This document shows, piece by piece, positions 10,859 to 21,225 of a stretch of 64,000 nucleotides of DNA. Source of the DNA: Spirochaetia bacterium (GTDB taxonomy: Bacteria; Spirochaetota; Spirochaetia; DSM-2461). Where the stretch lies: the NCBI GenBank assembly GCA_963666985.2, contig CAXXIA010000001.1, positions 192,001 to 256,000 of the forward strand, in the 5' to 3' direction. The notes beneath the pieces are model-generated. The model made no database searches, had not been told where the DNA came from, and saw nothing but the letters and a program-made list of their open reading frames with translations. A program made the position numbers and the translations under genes. The number at the start of each line of letters is the position of its first letter. The stretch's first letter is position 1.

Positions 10859-11904
10859 TTCGTTCCAAACTTTTTCTTCTTATTCCGCTGCTGATTCTGA
10901 TGGCGGCCGCCGCCGTTTCGGCGGAGCAAACGGCTGAAGCCTTATCCGCGGATGAAGATCTTCTTATCAGTGAGATGCGGGAAAAACTGGATGTATTGCT
11001 TGAACAGTCTCTCTCCGCGGCCGAAAAGGGGGAATGGGACAAGGCTCTGGAAATTCTCGACGAAGCCGAAGCCCTTGAAGTTCCCGACCCGCGAATCGCC
11101 TCCTACCGCAGATCCGTTCTTGAATTGAAGGCTCTTGATACGGCACAGGATTCCTGGGCCGCGGGAGAGCCCGCCGATGTTGTTCCTGCCGATCCGGAAG
11201 ACGAAGAACCAATCGACGAGGGAACACCGAAGTTCGTTATAGACCGAGGCGATAAAGATCAGGAAAGAAATCCTTCCGCTTTCCGGGATCGGTTTCGTAC
11301 GGGAGTTTCTTTCAAATTGCTTGCGGTAAATCCCGAAGAGTCATCGGGACACAATGTCTGGGGATCGGGTGATGAATTCCTTTACGCGTCCATACGAGCG
11401 GATGCGCTGTATTGGCTGCCGTTTCTCGGCAGAAGTCTCGGTTTTAATTTACGATATAACGGTTATTCATGGCCGCCGGGAGATCCGACTCTTTTATTCA
11501 ATGCTTTCGATGTCGGACTGAATATAAGAGGTTTTTTTCTTGAAATCCCGACTTCCCGTCTTGAGGTCGGCATCGATTTCGGCGTATCGATGAACTCGCT
11601 GAACACGATAGGAGCGGGTGTTGCCAGGCAGGCGGCCTTGTATCTGGGACTTTGGGTTTCGGATCCTGTTTTTTATCATCTTTTCGGTCTGGATACTTTT
11701 GAAAATCTGCTGTTTTCGGCCGGACTGCGAATCTATTCCTCCACCGCCGATGAGCTTTTGGAACGGATTGTCTATCGTTTGGACGGTTCCTGGCTGCTGG
11801 GGCATTGGATGATGGGCGCCCGATTGGAGTGGTGGGATCTCGGTGAGCTGACGGATACGAAAAACTTAATGTCGCTCTCCGTTTCTCTCGGATACCGATT
11901 TTAA
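10855..11904 (+). CDS. Hypothetical exported protein, candidate outer-membrane beta-barrel
   Basis: Signal peptide, helical N-terminus, amphipathic beta-strand-like C-terminal half ending LSVSLGYRF. Confidence 0.6.
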   Translation: MIRSKLFLLIPLLILMAAAAVSAEQTAEALSADEDLLISEMREKLDVLLEQSLSAAEKGEWDKALEILDEAEALEVPDPRIASYRRSVLELKALDTAQDSWAAGEPADVVPADPEDEEPIDEGTPKFVIDRGDKDQERNPSAFRDRFRTGVSFKLLAVNPEESSGHNVWGSGDEFLYASIRADALYWLPFLGRSLGFNLRYNGYSWPPGDPTLLFNAFDVGLNIRGFFLEIPTSRLEVGIDFGVSMNSLNTIGAGVARQAALYLGLWVSDPVFYHLFGLDTFENLLFSAGLRIYSSTADELLERIVYRLDGSWLLGHWMMGARLEWWDLGELTDTKNLMSLSVSLGYRF

Positions 11905-11925
11905 GAATGGACGGCTTTGCGTCTT

Positions 11926-11955
11926 GAGAATCCGGGTTCTCAGAGCCGGATTCTC
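11926..11955. terminator. Hairpin between convergent genes
   Basis: GAGAATCCGG...CCGGATTCTC inverted repeat; no clear U tract. Confidence 0.4.
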
Positions 11956-11960
11956 CGTAT

Positions 11961-13523
11961 TCAGCCGATTGCGAACAGCCTTTTCATTCGGCTCGGCTGA
12001 GCCCAGCCTTTCGTGCCCGCGCCGCCCATCGCAATAAGGTATTCTTCAACCTCTTGACTCGTGATTCGTTCAAAAGTTTTTTTCGCCGTTTGTTCATCCC
12101 AAAAAGAGAGCAGAGCATGCATGGCCTGGTTTCCCTGCCAGGGGCCGAATTCCATCGATGAAAGCAGAAGCGGACGGAAACGCCGGCATCCGTAGGCTTC
12201 CCAGGCGATTTTCCATGGAGCGAAGTTATAGGCCCCGACGCCCATTAAGGCCCACCAAAGTCCTTTGGAAATTCTGCGGTTTATTAAAGTTCCTTTACGC
12301 AGGAGGAGAGACTGCTTGTGCCGATTCAGCCATTCAAGGGCTCCGGGATAGTCTTTTAATTCTTCTTCTTTCAGTGCCGTGCCGGATTCACTGTACGGAA
12401 GGAAAATCCACCGCCGAGGTTTTCCCGGATCGCCTTCATGAGTCCTTGTGTGTTTGAAGTTTTCTCCGGTAAGGAGCGGGTAGACGAAGCGGCGGGGGAG
12501 AATACCGACAAAACCGTTTTTTGCCCGAGCTTCCACGGTTTCGGGACCGGCATCCACGATGTGTTCGATGATGAAGCTTCCCGACGCACCGCAGGCATTC
12601 ACTCCCTGGCGCGGTAAGGTTCCGCCGGGCACGGGGATTCGAGGCGGAACGGAAATCTTGGCTCCGATGGGAGAGGGCATGAGCGGCGAACCGATTCGGT
12701 CGACGGGACGTGCTTCCATTTGAGTCCATGTGCCGTTATCCTTCGCCGAGAACCAGGGGATTGGCCATTTTTGTTCCGTGTCCGCATGGTATACGGCAAA
12801 TGAACGTCTGGTTCCGGCGCCGGGGAAGGGGGCGCCGCCGTCCAGTTCACGGTATTCGGAAAGCGCGAAGCGGCGGCCTTCGGGAGAATCGAAGCGCCTG
12901 AAGGCTTCATGGGCGCCTTCGCCTCGATGAAGAGAGGCCGGGAGGAAAAAATAACAAACGGCCTTAGGCGCAGTATCCCGTCTGAGGGCCGTAGAGACAA
13001 AAAGCGCCGCGATATCGATGCGCGATCCCCCTAAAAGCAGACTTTTTGCGTTCGGAGCGAGTCCCGATGAACGGAAGAGATCCCGATAGGCGTCTTTATC
13101 CGAGTCATCAAGATCGGCAAACGTGGTCCATGGCGGATTCGAGAAAACGATATCCGCTTTAAATCGCGGATCGGCAAGAAGATAGTCGGCTATGAGAATT
13201 GAATCTTTCGGCAGTGAAATGCCGAGTTTATCGGCTTTCTGTTTAAAGCGCTTCACAGCCTTCTTGTCGCGCTCGATGCATTTAAGCCGCCGCAGGTCTG
13301 CGGTATTCGGAACAAAGCCGGAGTGCAGCGCCTTTCGCATAACAGCCAGGGAAAGAGCGCCGTCTCCGCATCCGGGGTCCAGGATGCGTGCTCCGTTTTT
13401 CCAAGAATCGGCGATGCCGTAAGTTTCTACGGCCCATTCTGCCCATTCTGCCGGTGTATAGACGGTTCCTTTCGGCGGAGCCTGAGATGATGATTCGGCG
13501 AGGTTGTTAGATGAATCTTTCAA
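11961..13523 (-). CDS. Amino (N6-adenine/N4-cytosine) DNA methyltransferase, gamma-type motif order
   Basis: VYTP motif X, ILDPGCGDG motif I, FSNPPW motif IV, long C-terminal TRD-like region. Confidence 0.75.
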   Translation of the reverse strand: MKDSSNNLAESSSQAPPKGTVYTPAEWAEWAVETYGIADSWKNGARILDPGCGDGALSLAVMRKALHSGFVPNTADLRRLKCIERDKKAVKRFKQKADKLGISLPKDSILIADYLLADPRFKADIVFSNPPWTTFADLDDSDKDAYRDLFRSSGLAPNAKSLLLGGSRIDIAALFVSTALRRDTAPKAVCYFFLPASLHRGEGAHEAFRRFDSPEGRRFALSEYRELDGGAPFPGAGTRRSFAVYHADTEQKWPIPWFSAKDNGTWTQMEARPVDRIGSPLMPSPIGAKISVPPRIPVPGGTLPRQGVNACGASGSFIIEHIVDAGPETVEARAKNGFVGILPRRFVYPLLTGENFKHTRTHEGDPGKPRRWIFLPYSESGTALKEEELKDYPGALEWLNRHKQSLLLRKGTLINRRISKGLWWALMGVGAYNFAPWKIAWEAYGCRRFRPLLLSSMEFGPWQGNQAMHALLSFWDEQTAKKTFERITSQEVEEYLIAMGGAGTKGWAQPSRMKRLFAIG

Positions 13524-14725
13524 GAAGTCTCGCCGCCGCCGTTTTCGGGAAGAAACGACCGGACCGATTTGCCTTCAACGGCGTTCTTTAATCCGTTTCG
13601 AATCGTCATTTCCGTAAAACCGTAATAGTGTTCTTCCCCGCTCAAACCGGCAACAACGCCGATAACGGCGGCGGCTTCCGTTTGCGATAAATCGCGGGCG
13701 GGTATGTATCCGTAAGGTTTACGATCAACCCGATGAACCAATCCTCCGTCCATAAGCCGTTCCAGAAGGATGTCGGCGTGCCGCTCATCCACACGCACAC
13801 GCGCGGCGAGAGTTTTGCTTCCGGGAGGTTTGGACCCCTTGAGAAAATCCTTGGAGAGTTCCAGGAAGAGCCGCCATCCGATATCCATTTCATGGGCCGG
13901 CGTGGCCGACTTCAGAGGCGGTCTGCGGCCCGCCTCCCTTTGATGGGCATAGGTAATTTCAGCCGCGGTGAGGACAATCAGCCAGGAAACGTTCAGCCAG
14001 ATAAGAAGGAGGGGCAAAAAAACCATGGAGCCGTATACGAGGGACTGACGAACCGAGTGGGACGTCCAGAGAGTGAATCCGACTTTTGCCGCCTGGAATC
14101 CGACGGCTCCGATTATGGAACCCAAAAGGGCGCTCCTTAAGCGGATTTTAGCCGAATTGAGAAGGCTGAACAGAAGTAATATTCCGGCCATGGCCCCCAA
14201 AAGAGACAAGATGTGTCCCAATATCCTTTGTCCGAGAGGCGGTACTTTATTCCAGGCTTCAAGCATGCCGGAGATGGGCCCGAAACCCGCGGCGAAAATG
14301 AAGGAGGTGAGAGCCAGGGAGGCAAGATATGTCAGAATCCGTTGAATCGGTCCTTTCCTCGGCCGGGTTTTGAAGATGGTGCTGAGGTGGATTTCCAACG
14401 AATTGAGCAGCATTACGGCCGTGCATAAGAAGAACAATGTTCCCCAAGCTCCCAGTTTTCGGGCATTGAAGGTAAAAGTGTTGAATGTTTGAAGAAGCGT
14501 ATCGTTTCCTTCCGGCATGAGAAAACGGCTGAGGGATTCAAGAATGCGGTATCCAAGCTGGTTGAAGCCGCCCACGGAAAAAATCACCATCGTGATGGGT
14601 ACTAAGGTAATCATCGTTGTGTATGCGATACCGGCGGAACGAAGAAAAACCTGATCGTCGATTATGCTGCGGAACACTGTTGAAAGAAAACGCCCGAGAC
14701 GCTTCCATAGAGTTTGATCTTCCAT
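13520..14725 (-). CDS. YihY/BrkB-family inner-membrane protein with C-terminal winged-helix extension
   Basis: SAGIAYTTMITLVP, VYGSMVFLPLLLIWLNVSWLIVL; multiple TM helices. Confidence 0.85.
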   Translation of the reverse strand: MEDQTLWKRLGRFLSTVFRSIIDDQVFLRSAGIAYTTMITLVPITMVIFSVGGFNQLGYRILESLSRFLMPEGNDTLLQTFNTFTFNARKLGAWGTLFFLCTAVMLLNSLEIHLSTIFKTRPRKGPIQRILTYLASLALTSFIFAAGFGPISGMLEAWNKVPPLGQRILGHILSLLGAMAGILLLFSLLNSAKIRLRSALLGSIIGAVGFQAAKVGFTLWTSHSVRQSLVYGSMVFLPLLLIWLNVSWLIVLTAAEITYAHQREAGRRPPLKSATPAHEMDIGWRLFLELSKDFLKGSKPPGSKTLAARVRVDERHADILLERLMDGGLVHRVDRKPYGYIPARDLSQTEAAAVIGVVAGLSGEEHYYGFTEMTIRNGLKNAVEGKSVRSFLPENGGGETS

Positions 14726-14836
14726 TTGGTTTTAAGTATACGGAGAGGGAGATTCGTCGCCAATGTCTTCTCGGGCTGTTGAAAAGGATATTGGAGGTTT
14801 GCGCTTCGAAGTTTTTCGTTTGCGTCCCGGAGCGTT

Positions 14837-15913
14837 TTAAAACAATCGGCGGTTTTCGATGATTTGGATTTCAAGATCGCGATCCGCAGGAGCGAAAATC
14901 TCGGCGGCGCCCTCGGTCATGTAAATTGATCCGTCTTCCGTGATAAACGCCGCTTCGACGCCTTCAAGGCTTATTGCCAATTCGGAGCCTTTTTCAAGCC
15001 CCAGGGCGAAGAGAGTCGTGGATAAGGCGTCTCCGTCAACCGAGCGGGCGGTTAGCACCGTAACAGCTTCCAATCCGCTGCTGACCGGATATCCGTTTTT
15101 CGTATTCAGGATATGGTGGTAGCGAACGCCGTTTCTTTCGAAGTAACGTTCATACACTCCCGAGGAAACCACCGAGGCGTCCGAAACTTCAAAGATTCCG
15201 ATGTAGCGTCCGGTTTCGGCAAAGGGCTTTTGCATTCCGATGCGAAAAGGCGTTCCGTCGGGCTTGCCCCCCGAAACAAGAATATTGCCGCCGAGGTTGA
15301 TAATGAAGTGCCTCAGGCCTTTCTGCCGGAGATATTCGGCCGTTTTATCGGCAATCCAGCCTTTGGCGACGGCTCCGAGATCGAGACTCATTCCGGGATC
15401 GGCTAAGCCGACCTTTTCTTCCTTTTCGTAAACGGCGACCTTATGATAGTCGACCAATGCCAAGGTTCGAGTAATCTCATAGGGTTCCGGGAGATGGGCA
15501 TTTTCAGTTCCGATTCCCCAAAGGTCCACCAGAGGACCTACGGTCGGATCAAAAAAGCCGCCGGACAGCCTGCTGTATTCCAGAGCGGTTTGAAGAACTT
15601 CAAGAGTTTCGGGCGAAACCGATACGGCGGTTCCCGCCGGGGCTTCATTAATTCGCGAGATATCGCTTCCTTCCCGATGGCGGCTGAAGAGATCCTCGTA
15701 TTGCCGAATAACGTCGAAGGCTCCTTCAAGCGCCTTTTTATCCCGGCTTTCATAAAGCCGTATCGTTACGACCGTATCCAGTAAAAGCCTGCTGTCTTCG
15801 ATGTCTCCGGGATTCTTTTTTTCTAAAAAAATCCCGACGCCGACGGCGGCGGCAATAATGACCACGGCCGCAAGAATTATATGAAGAGGAAGTTTTTTCC
15901 CGTTGTCCGACAT
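14837..15913 (-). CDS. apbE: FAD:protein FMN transferase (ApbE/Ftp)
   Basis: FDPTVGPLVDLWG, LDLGAVAKG, INLGGN, SSGVYERY, YHHIL, DALST. Confidence 0.93.
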   Translation of the reverse strand: MSDNGKKLPLHIILAAVVIIAAAVGVGIFLEKKNPGDIEDSRLLLDTVVTIRLYESRDKKALEGAFDVIRQYEDLFSRHREGSDISRINEAPAGTAVSVSPETLEVLQTALEYSRLSGGFFDPTVGPLVDLWGIGTENAHLPEPYEITRTLALVDYHKVAVYEKEEKVGLADPGMSLDLGAVAKGWIADKTAEYLRQKGLRHFIINLGGNILVSGGKPDGTPFRIGMQKPFAETGRYIGIFEVSDASVVSSGVYERYFERNGVRYHHILNTKNGYPVSSGLEAVTVLTARSVDGDALSTTLFALGLEKGSELAISLEGVEAAFITEDGSIYMTEGAAEIFAPADRDLEIQIIENRRLF

Positions 15914-16167
15914 AGCGGATATTCTCCGTTACCTTGCTTCAAAGGGTCAAGATTAGCCCATAAGGCGGCAAGGTTCTCATTTATGCGGCCCGTATGTATC
16001 CGGCGGCCGCCCCCCCTCCCTTCGGATTCGTTTTTTTTACCGGCTTTCCGACCGCCCTCCGCTCGGCGTTTGCGGCTTAAAGATGAAATAGCGAACAATT
16101 ATAGTTTTTTAGTTCGATCCCTTGAAAAAGCGAATAACAGTTCTCAAAATTTCATTGCGGAGAAATT

Positions 16168-16515
16168 ATGGCGGTTGCGCGAATAATCGACGAGAGCGGC
16201 AGAGGTGCTCCATGGATAACCATTTTAAAAGAGAGTCTGAGTGTGTCCGGATTTGAACTGACCACACAGGATGATGAGAGCGCCAATTTAACGATTTTAA
16301 TGCTTTCCTATGATCAAGAAGCGAAAGAGCGTCTTTTTCGCGGCGATCTTCTCGTACTTTCCATCCCTTCGGTTATTCGGCCTTATGATAAAGAGCAGTC
16401 GCGAATGGAAATAATAGGAACAAACAGAATCAAGGTGCGCTATACGCTATCGGACCCCGAAGAGGGGACCATCATGCCGGATGAGATCAAATCTTTGGTA
16501 AAATTGTTCATTTAA
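16168..16515 (+). CDS. Hypothetical protein
   Basis: ATG ORF with GGAG SD filling the gap before the DtxR gene. Confidence 0.55.
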   Translation: MAVARIIDESGRGAPWITILKESLSVSGFELTTQDDESANLTILMLSYDQEAKERLFRGDLLVLSIPSVIRPYDKEQSRMEIIGTNRIKVRYTLSDPEEGTIMPDEIKSLVKLFI

Positions 16516-16582
16516 GTGTTTATTTTTAAAATTAATTGTAATAAATTTGCTAAAATTAACTCAATAGTGAATAGTTATTATA

Positions 16583-17260
16583 ATGAACCTAAAAGAGCTC
16601 CATAATCAATTTCCAGCCGCACCGGAATATCTCAGCCAGATATTTCTTATCGATCGAAATTTCGGCACCGTTACGAATGCGCGTTTGGCCGACAGATTGG
16701 GTGTTTCCAGACCGGCCGTTTCTCAGGCGGTCGGTCGATTGAAGAAGCTCGGCTTGGTTGAACAGGACCGTTACGGCACCATTGGGCTTTCAACCGCCGG
16801 CCGAAAGGTCGCTGAAAATGTTGTAAAGCGGCATATACTCGTTGAACATCTTCTGGTCGGAGTTCTCGGATATCCCCGTGACAAATGCCATCCTGAAGCC
16901 GGTCTGCTTCAAGGCATTATTTCCGATGATTTTACCGATTTTCTCTCTGAAAAGCTGGGGAATCCGCAAACCTGCCCCCATGGGAATCCTTTGCCCGGAG
17001 CCGATATCGAGAAACGGTATTTGGAATCCCCTTCGCTAAATGAGGCGGAGGAAGGAATGTCTGTCAAGATTATCAGAATTACCGAAGAGGGGGAGTACCT
17101 GGACGGTATGCTGACATTCTGCCTGAAAAATGGATTTGTGCCCGGTACGGAATTGACCGTCGTGTCTCAAAAGAAGAATGGAACGGTGTGTTCCTGCGAA
17201 GGCCGAAATATCACCATCTCCGCGAGTTACGCACGATGCATCCAATGGGAAACGGTGTAA
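16583..17260 (+). CDS. DtxR/MntR/TroR-family metal-dependent repressor with FeoA-like C-terminus
   Basis: EYL..I, LADRLGVSRPAVS HTH, KRHILVE, CPHGNPLP. Confidence 0.88.
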   Translation: MNLKELHNQFPAAPEYLSQIFLIDRNFGTVTNARLADRLGVSRPAVSQAVGRLKKLGLVEQDRYGTIGLSTAGRKVAENVVKRHILVEHLLVGVLGYPRDKCHPEAGLLQGIISDDFTDFLSEKLGNPQTCPHGNPLPGADIEKRYLESPSLNEAEEGMSVKIIRITEEGEYLDGMLTFCLKNGFVPGTELTVVSQKKNGTVCSCEGRNITISASYARCIQWETV

Positions 17261-17328
17261 TCGGCGAACCGTAATCGACGGACGCCGAAACAGATCTGTC
17301 TTTTTGAGACTTCCCAGAGAACTCACAT

Positions 17329-18231
17329 TTATGATTCGGAGCATCCCGAGGAAGAATTTCCGGCTTCCAGAAGTTTTTTCAGCTGATTCCCCGCATGGTA
17401 GCTGGAGCGTACAAGAGGGCCCGATTCAACATGATCGAATCCCATTTGTTGAGCGGCTCGCGCCAATTCGACGAATTCGGCGGGCTTCCAATAGCGTTTA
17501 ACGGGCAGGTGCTTTCTCGTCGGCTGAAGGTATTGTCCGATGTTGACCAAACGGCATCCGGCATTTCTGATGTCGGCCAACGTTTCCAGAACTTCATCCG
17601 TTTCTTCGCCGAGTCCCAGCATGATGCTGCTTTTCAGAAGAAGGTCGCCGTTCAGCCGTCCGGCCGTTTTCAAAAAGTTCAAAGAGCGGTCGTAATCGCT
17701 TCGTGATCGGATGACGGGCGTGAGTCTTCGGACGGTTTCCACGTTATGACCCAAAATGTCGGGGCCTGATTCCACCAGGGCGGCGATGCTCTCTTGTTTC
17801 CCCATCATGTCCGACGATAAATATTCGACGGTAACGCCGGGACATTCCGCCTTTACCGCTCTTCCCGTCATGGCCAGGTATTTCGCGCCGCCGTCGGCCA
17901 AATCATCTCGGTCCACCATTGTAATAACGGCATGCCTGATGCCCAGTTCCTTTACCGAAGCGGCCACGCGGCCGGGTTCCGATTCGTCCGGTTCATCCGG
18001 CCGGCCTGTTTTCACGGCACAAAAGCGGCAGCTTCTGGTGCAGGTGTTGCCGAGAATCATAAACGTCGCGGTTCTGTAATGACTCCAGCATTCGTGGAGA
18101 TTCGGGCATTGAGCTTCCTCGCAGACCGTATGGAGTCCTTTTTCGCGTAAATCGCGGCGAACGGCCGCGGTATCGGCCGTCGTATCAAGTTTTATTTTCA
18201 GCCATTCGGGTTTGCGGAGGTATTCGGACAT
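17329..18231 (-). CDS. lipA: Lipoyl synthase
   Basis: RKPEWLK, CEEAQCPNLHECW, CTRSCRFC, GQYLQP, VRSSY. Confidence 0.97.
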   Translation of the reverse strand: MSEYLRKPEWLKIKLDTTADTAAVRRDLREKGLHTVCEEAQCPNLHECWSHYRTATFMILGNTCTRSCRFCAVKTGRPDEPDESEPGRVAASVKELGIRHAVITMVDRDDLADGGAKYLAMTGRAVKAECPGVTVEYLSSDMMGKQESIAALVESGPDILGHNVETVRRLTPVIRSRSDYDRSLNFLKTAGRLNGDLLLKSSIMLGLGEETDEVLETLADIRNAGCRLVNIGQYLQPTRKHLPVKRYWKPAEFVELARAAQQMGFDHVESGPLVRSSYHAGNQLKKLLEAGNSSSGCSES

Positions 18232-18374
18232 GTGTCAAAGGTAGTCGGTTGCGGCGGCTTTGGTAAATACAAAGACCGCGGATTTTGGAGAAGAGGCTTT
18301 TGGATCTTTCGTAAATCCGGGTAATACGGTAAGGTATGACGTTTTCCGGCATCCACGCGGAGGAGTCTTTTTTC

Positions 18375-19748
18375 ATGAAATATTTTATCCTGCCTTTCGG
18401 CTGCCAGATGAATCGCTCGGACGCCGAACGGGTCAGGACCGTTTTAAATTCCATGGGCTGCATCGAAGCGGATGATGAACAGGATCCCGAGGTCGGGATC
18501 AAAGGGATTATTGCCTGTTCGGTCAGGCAGAAGGCCATTGACCGCGTATACGGCAAGATTCGGAAGTGGAACAAAGAAAAGGAACATCGTTCGATGATCA
18601 CTTTCGTTTCCGGCTGTGTTCTGCCTGACGACCGGATTAAGTTTCTCAAAATGTTCGACCTTGTCTTCCCCATCGACCGGCTTTCCGATCTTCCCGATAT
18701 GATCCGGCAGTACGGCGTTCCCTCTTCGGCGAGCATGAATGTTCCCGCCGAGGTTCCCGAAGTCGGAGCTCCTGAAGTCGGCAGTCCGGGCCGTGAAGAG
18801 GCGGCCCGGCGAATTGAGGCCTTCTGGAAACTCGTTCCCGAATATTCCTCGGCGGTTGAGGCCTTTGTGCCCATACAGAACGGCTGCGATAAATTCTGTA
18901 CCTTCTGCGCGGTTCCCTACACGCGGGGGAGAGAGGTTTCCCGTCCCTCTTCCGATATTCTGAATGAGGTTCGATCCTTGGTGGATCAGGGCTGCAAATC
19001 CATCACCTTGCTGGGGCAGAACGTTAATTCCTACGGGCTGGACAAGAAGGGAAGAGAGCTTTCGTTTCCTCAGCTTATGAAGGCCATCGGAGAAATCGGC
19101 CGGGAAACCGGCGCGGATTTTTGGACCTATTTTACCTCGCCTCATCCCCGGGACATCACCCGGGATCTGCTGGAAACAATGGCACAATACGATGTGCTGG
19201 CCAAATGGGTTCATCTGCCTCTGCAGTCGGGAGACGATGACATTTTAAGGAAAATGAACCGCAGTTATTCAGTAAGCGATTACAGGTCCGTGGCGGAGGA
19301 TGTTCGAAAAATCCTTCCGGGATGTTCTCTTTTTACCGATATCATCGTCGGCTTCACCGGGGAAACGGAAGTCCAGTTTGAAGCCACGGCCGAAGCCATG
19401 CGGGAGTTTCGATACGATATGGCCTATATCGCCCGCTACAGTCCGAGACCGGGTGCCCTCAGCGCCCGGTGGGAGGATGATGTTCCTTTGGAAGAGAAAG
19501 CACGACGTTATCATCTTTTGAGTGATCTTTTAACGGAGCTCGCCTCTCCCGCCAACGCGGCTCGCGTGGGCGGCATCGAGAAAGTCCTTGTAACCGGAAG
19601 AGACCGGATGCCGGGCTTCCTCTCGGGCCACACCGAAGGACGCATCCCCGTGAGGCTTAAGGCCGACGGCGTTGAAATCGGCACGTTCGTTGAAGCGAAA
19701 ATAATCTCGGCGCGCCCTTTGAGCATTGAAGGCGTTTTGCCTTTATGA
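18375..19748 (+). CDS. miaB: tRNA-i6A37 methylthiotransferase
   Basis: FGCQMN..D, CSVRQKA, GCDKFCTFCAVPYTRG, LLGQNVNSYG, SPHP, TRAM domain. Confidence 0.92.
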   Translation: MKYFILPFGCQMNRSDAERVRTVLNSMGCIEADDEQDPEVGIKGIIACSVRQKAIDRVYGKIRKWNKEKEHRSMITFVSGCVLPDDRIKFLKMFDLVFPIDRLSDLPDMIRQYGVPSSASMNVPAEVPEVGAPEVGSPGREEAARRIEAFWKLVPEYSSAVEAFVPIQNGCDKFCTFCAVPYTRGREVSRPSSDILNEVRSLVDQGCKSITLLGQNVNSYGLDKKGRELSFPQLMKAIGEIGRETGADFWTYFTSPHPRDITRDLLETMAQYDVLAKWVHLPLQSGDDDILRKMNRSYSVSDYRSVAEDVRKILPGCSLFTDIIVGFTGETEVQFEATAEAMREFRYDMAYIARYSPRPGALSARWEDDVPLEEKARRYHLLSDLLTELASPANAARVGGIEKVLVTGRDRMPGFLSGHTEGRIPVRLKADGVEIGTFVEAKIISARPLSIEGVLPL

Positions 19749-19815
19749 CGGAGCACGGTGCAGTGAACTCTTCATCCCTAATCGCGTCCGCCCCCAAACC
19801 GCCGGGGGGTTCCCG

Positions 19816-21225
19816 ATGAGCGATTTGATGACAACCGGCGTTCTTGAGAGTCCTTTTTCGGAGAATCGAGCGCGGAAAGTGGTGTTTAAAACCCTGGGAT
19901 GTAAGCTCAATCAGGCCGAAACCGAGGCCCTGGCTGCGGGATTCAAGTCCCTCGGATGGAAGGTGGCGGCGTTCGGAACTGAAGAAGAAGTGGATGCCGT
20001 TGTTGTGAACAGCTGCACCGTTACCAATACCGCCGATAGAAAGAGCCGGGCGGCCATGAATCGGGCTCTTCGGATTGCCCGGGAGTCGGCCTCGGAGAAA
20101 ACCCTCGTCGTGATGACCGGCTGTTATGCCGACGGTCATCGGGAAACTCTTGAAGAGGACGGCAGAATATTCGTTGTGGGAAACGCCGGTAAATGCCGCG
20201 TTCCTCAGCTCGTGGATGCGTATTTCCGCGGTGAAATAGCGCTTGATCGGGAAGAAGGTAAACGCGATCCTTTCGGATTTCTACCTCCTGAAAGGGTCTT
20301 TAGAACCCGAGCCATGGTGAAAGTTCAGGACGGTTGTGATCATTTCTGTACGTATTGCATTATTCCTTTTGTACGTGGCCGCGCCGTCAGCCGACCCTTG
20401 GATGAAACGGTGAAGGCCGTTCGGGAAGCGGTGGCGGCCGGGTATCGGGAAGTCGTCCTGACCGGCGTTAATATGAGCCGGTGGAGGGAAGGGAAGGCCG
20501 GTTTCGCCGACTTGATCGCCGCCACTCTGGATGTTCGGGGCGATTTTCGGCTTCGGCTCGGATCTGTGGAGCCGGATTTGATTCGGGAAGATCTGTTTGA
20601 TTTGATGAGGCATCCCAAGATGACGCCGCACATGCATCTTTGTCTTCAGTCGGGATCGGAGAAAGTCCTGAAAGCCATGAGACGTCAGTACGGTGCGGCG
20701 GAATTCGAAAGCATCGCCGCAAAGCTGCGGAGCCGGATTCCTCATTTCAACATAACCACCGATGTTATCGTGGGATTCCCCGGCGAGACGGAAGAGGATT
20801 TCGCCGAAACCGCCGCTTTCTGTGAGCGCCTGCGTTTCGGACATATTCACACCTTTCCCTACTCCCGCCGTGAGGGTACCCGTGCCGACGAAATGCCGAA
20901 TCAGGTACCCGAAGAGGAAAAAAAGCGGCGTGCGCACATTATCAGGGAGCTTTCCGAGCGCACCAAGAGAATCTATCGGGAGAGTCTGATAGGTTCTTCG
21001 CAGAAAATCCTCGCGGAAAGCTGTAAGCGGGAATCGGATGGAAAACAGACGGCCCGGGGGCTCTCGGAATCTTATGTTCCGGTGAAATTTTCGCTCACCG
21101 GCGGCGGAAAACCCGAGAAGATTCGGAATCGATTCTTTACAGCCGTTATTGAAGGGGTTGCGGCGGGGGACGATCCGGATCTTTTCGGTTCCCTTATTCC
21201 TGAAGATTCTTCAGAAAGTCCTTAA
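19816..21225 (+). CDS. mtaB: tRNA t6A37 methylthiotransferase
   Basis: TLGCKLNQAE, NSCTVT..AD.KSR, KVQDGCDHFCTYCIIP, HTFPYSRREGT; start uncertain. Confidence 0.92.
   Translation: MSDLMTTGVLESPFSENRARKVVFKTLGCKLNQAETEALAAGFKSLGWKVAAFGTEEEVDAVVVNSCTVTNTADRKSRAAMNRALRIARESASEKTLVVMTGCYADGHRETLEEDGRIFVVGNAGKCRVPQLVDAYFRGEIALDREEGKRDPFGFLPPERVFRTRAMVKVQDGCDHFCTYCIIPFVRGRAVSRPLDETVKAVREAVAAGYREVVLTGVNMSRWREGKAGFADLIAATLDVRGDFRLRLGSVEPDLIREDLFDLMRHPKMTPHMHLCLQSGSEKVLKAMRRQYGAAEFESIAAKLRSRIPHFNITTDVIVGFPGETEEDFAETAAFCERLRFGHIHTFPYSRREGTRADEMPNQVPEEEKKRRAHIIRELSERTKRIYRESLIGSSQKILAESCKRESDGKQTARGLSESYVPVKFSLTGGGKPEKIRNRFFTAVIEGVAAGDDPDLFGSLIPEDSSESP

Noticed and set aside
16516..16582. DtxR autoregulatory palindrome
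   Set aside because: AT-rich but only weak dyad symmetry
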